64,000 nucleotides of DNA from contig NC_058368.1 of assembly GCF_018350175.1 (NCBI RefSeq), positions 104,968,001 to 105,032,000 of the forward strand, in the 5' to 3' direction. The notes under the pieces were generated by a model. The model searched no databases. It had not been told where the DNA came from and saw only the letters and a list, made by a program, of their open reading frames with translations. The stretch comes from Felis catus. Taxonomy: Eukaryota. The position numbers and the translations under genes were made by a program. Below, in pieces: positions 62,834 through 64,000 of the stretch. Positions within the stretch are counted from its first letter, which is position 1. Each line of letters starts with the position of its first letter.

Positions 62834-63741
62834 TGAATAATTTTTTTTAAAGTATAAGTTTGGAGGGCTAGTAAGACAGAATATTCCAATTGCCTTGGGT
62901 TGCTTAGGAAAGTGACACTGGGGCAGGGACGGTATTTGGAAAATGGCAGCCTATCAGCTGATATCATGGTGGGTAATGGACAGAAGAATGTATAGACACT
63001 GTAAAAGGAAATAAACACAAATCAGACCAAAATATCAATGTTGATCAGTCAATGAAGGTTAATTCATCCTTAAAAGTAAGAAAATACACCTTACTAAGAG
63101 CAAAATGTGAGAAAGAAATAACTTCTGATCACACGTACTGCCCGTCTTCGTTGGATGGACCTTCATCTTTAAGAACCAACCTTTGGTTCTCTCTTCTGTG
63201 TGGTGCCTAGGCTTCACTCACAAACGTTAGCTCCGCCTCGAGTTATTCAGGTAGTCACAAAGGTACACGGCCAGGACTGAATATTTCAAATGCGGACACA
63301 ACGCTGCATCCCTGTTTTGGCATTTCTTTTTTTGTCGGTAAACAAAAGTCGCCGCGGCTGCCGGAGACCTCTGGAAACGCTAGCGGATACCAATGACTTG
63401 AAGACTCTGCTAACGAAACCACCTCACTGGCCGTGTGCTCAGTGTGCCCTTTAGGAGCTGTGTTCCTCAAATGAAATGGTTTCAGAAGCATCAGGCTTCC
63501 CAGACAGGATGCCCCTCTCTCCTGTGGGCCTGACTCTGCTTCCTGTCCTTTGTCACCGTATTTTGGGGGAAAGTCATTCAGGACTCTCCTGTCCAGATGT
63601 TTTTAGTTCACTTGATTCTGGCTGCTCCCTTTCTGGCAAATTCTGAAAACATCTCAAACCCAACCTCACCCACCCCAACGAAAACGTCAAACAGGTTAAA
63701 TACAGGTCTCCCTGGCTCTATTGTGATCAGCCCTTCCTGCG

Positions 63742-63963
63742 TTTGTTGTTTTTGTTTGTTTGTTTTTAAGTTTATTCAGTTTTGAGGGACAGAGAGAGAC
63801 AGAGCATGAGTGGGGGAGGGGCAGAGAGAGAGAGGGAGACACAGAATCCAAAGCGGGCTCCAGGCTCTGAGCTGGCAACACAGAGCCCGATGCGGGGCTT
63901 GAACCCACGGACTGTGAGATCATGACTGGAACTGAAGTCAGTCGCTTAACCCACTGAGCCACT
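63742..63963 (-). mobile_element. CanSINE lacking its first 13 nt or so
   Basis: Reverse SINE body ending ccactgagccac. Confidence 0.92.
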
Positions 63964-64000
63964 GAGTATCAGAATTCATTGCTTGCTTTGGAGAGTTGTG

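Noticed and set aside
719..63962. Recurrent 60-170 aa ORFs (GAPGWRSRLSVRLQPGHDL..., WVAQSVK...AQVMIS...)
   Set aside because: These are translations of CanSINE copies, not genes

Overview
Mammalian, almost certainly felid (cat-family), genomic DNA; the assignment rests on about 34 carnivore tRNA-Lys-derived SINEs (CanSINE/SINEC), seven of them the young Felidae type. No prokaryotic genes, CRISPR arrays or rRNA are present. Positions 5085-23485 are an 18 kb stack of three same-strand L1s: an old near-full-length L1 containing a rearranged L1 (8043-10151) and a second near-full-length L1 (14493-22425). The stack carries about 12 SINEs and a retroposed 5' half of tRNA-Val. Positions 23.8-51 kb are ordinary intergenic or intronic DNA with MLT1, LTR16, MER, MIR and L2 relics, a well-preserved solo ERV LTR and a young 5'-truncated L1. 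The most interesting signal is at about 52.0-63.0 kb: unique DNA with a chain of ten small + strand exon candidates (7-74 nt, canonical AG/GT, including 9-nt and 7-nt microexons). These can be spliced into continuous reading frames of 105-118 aa. I cannot assign the product to a known gene; it may be a small uncharacterised gene, a decayed pseudogene or a lncRNA. Nearly all ORFs in the supplied track are repeat-derived or chance. Repeat family names are from recall of consensus motifs, not from a database search.
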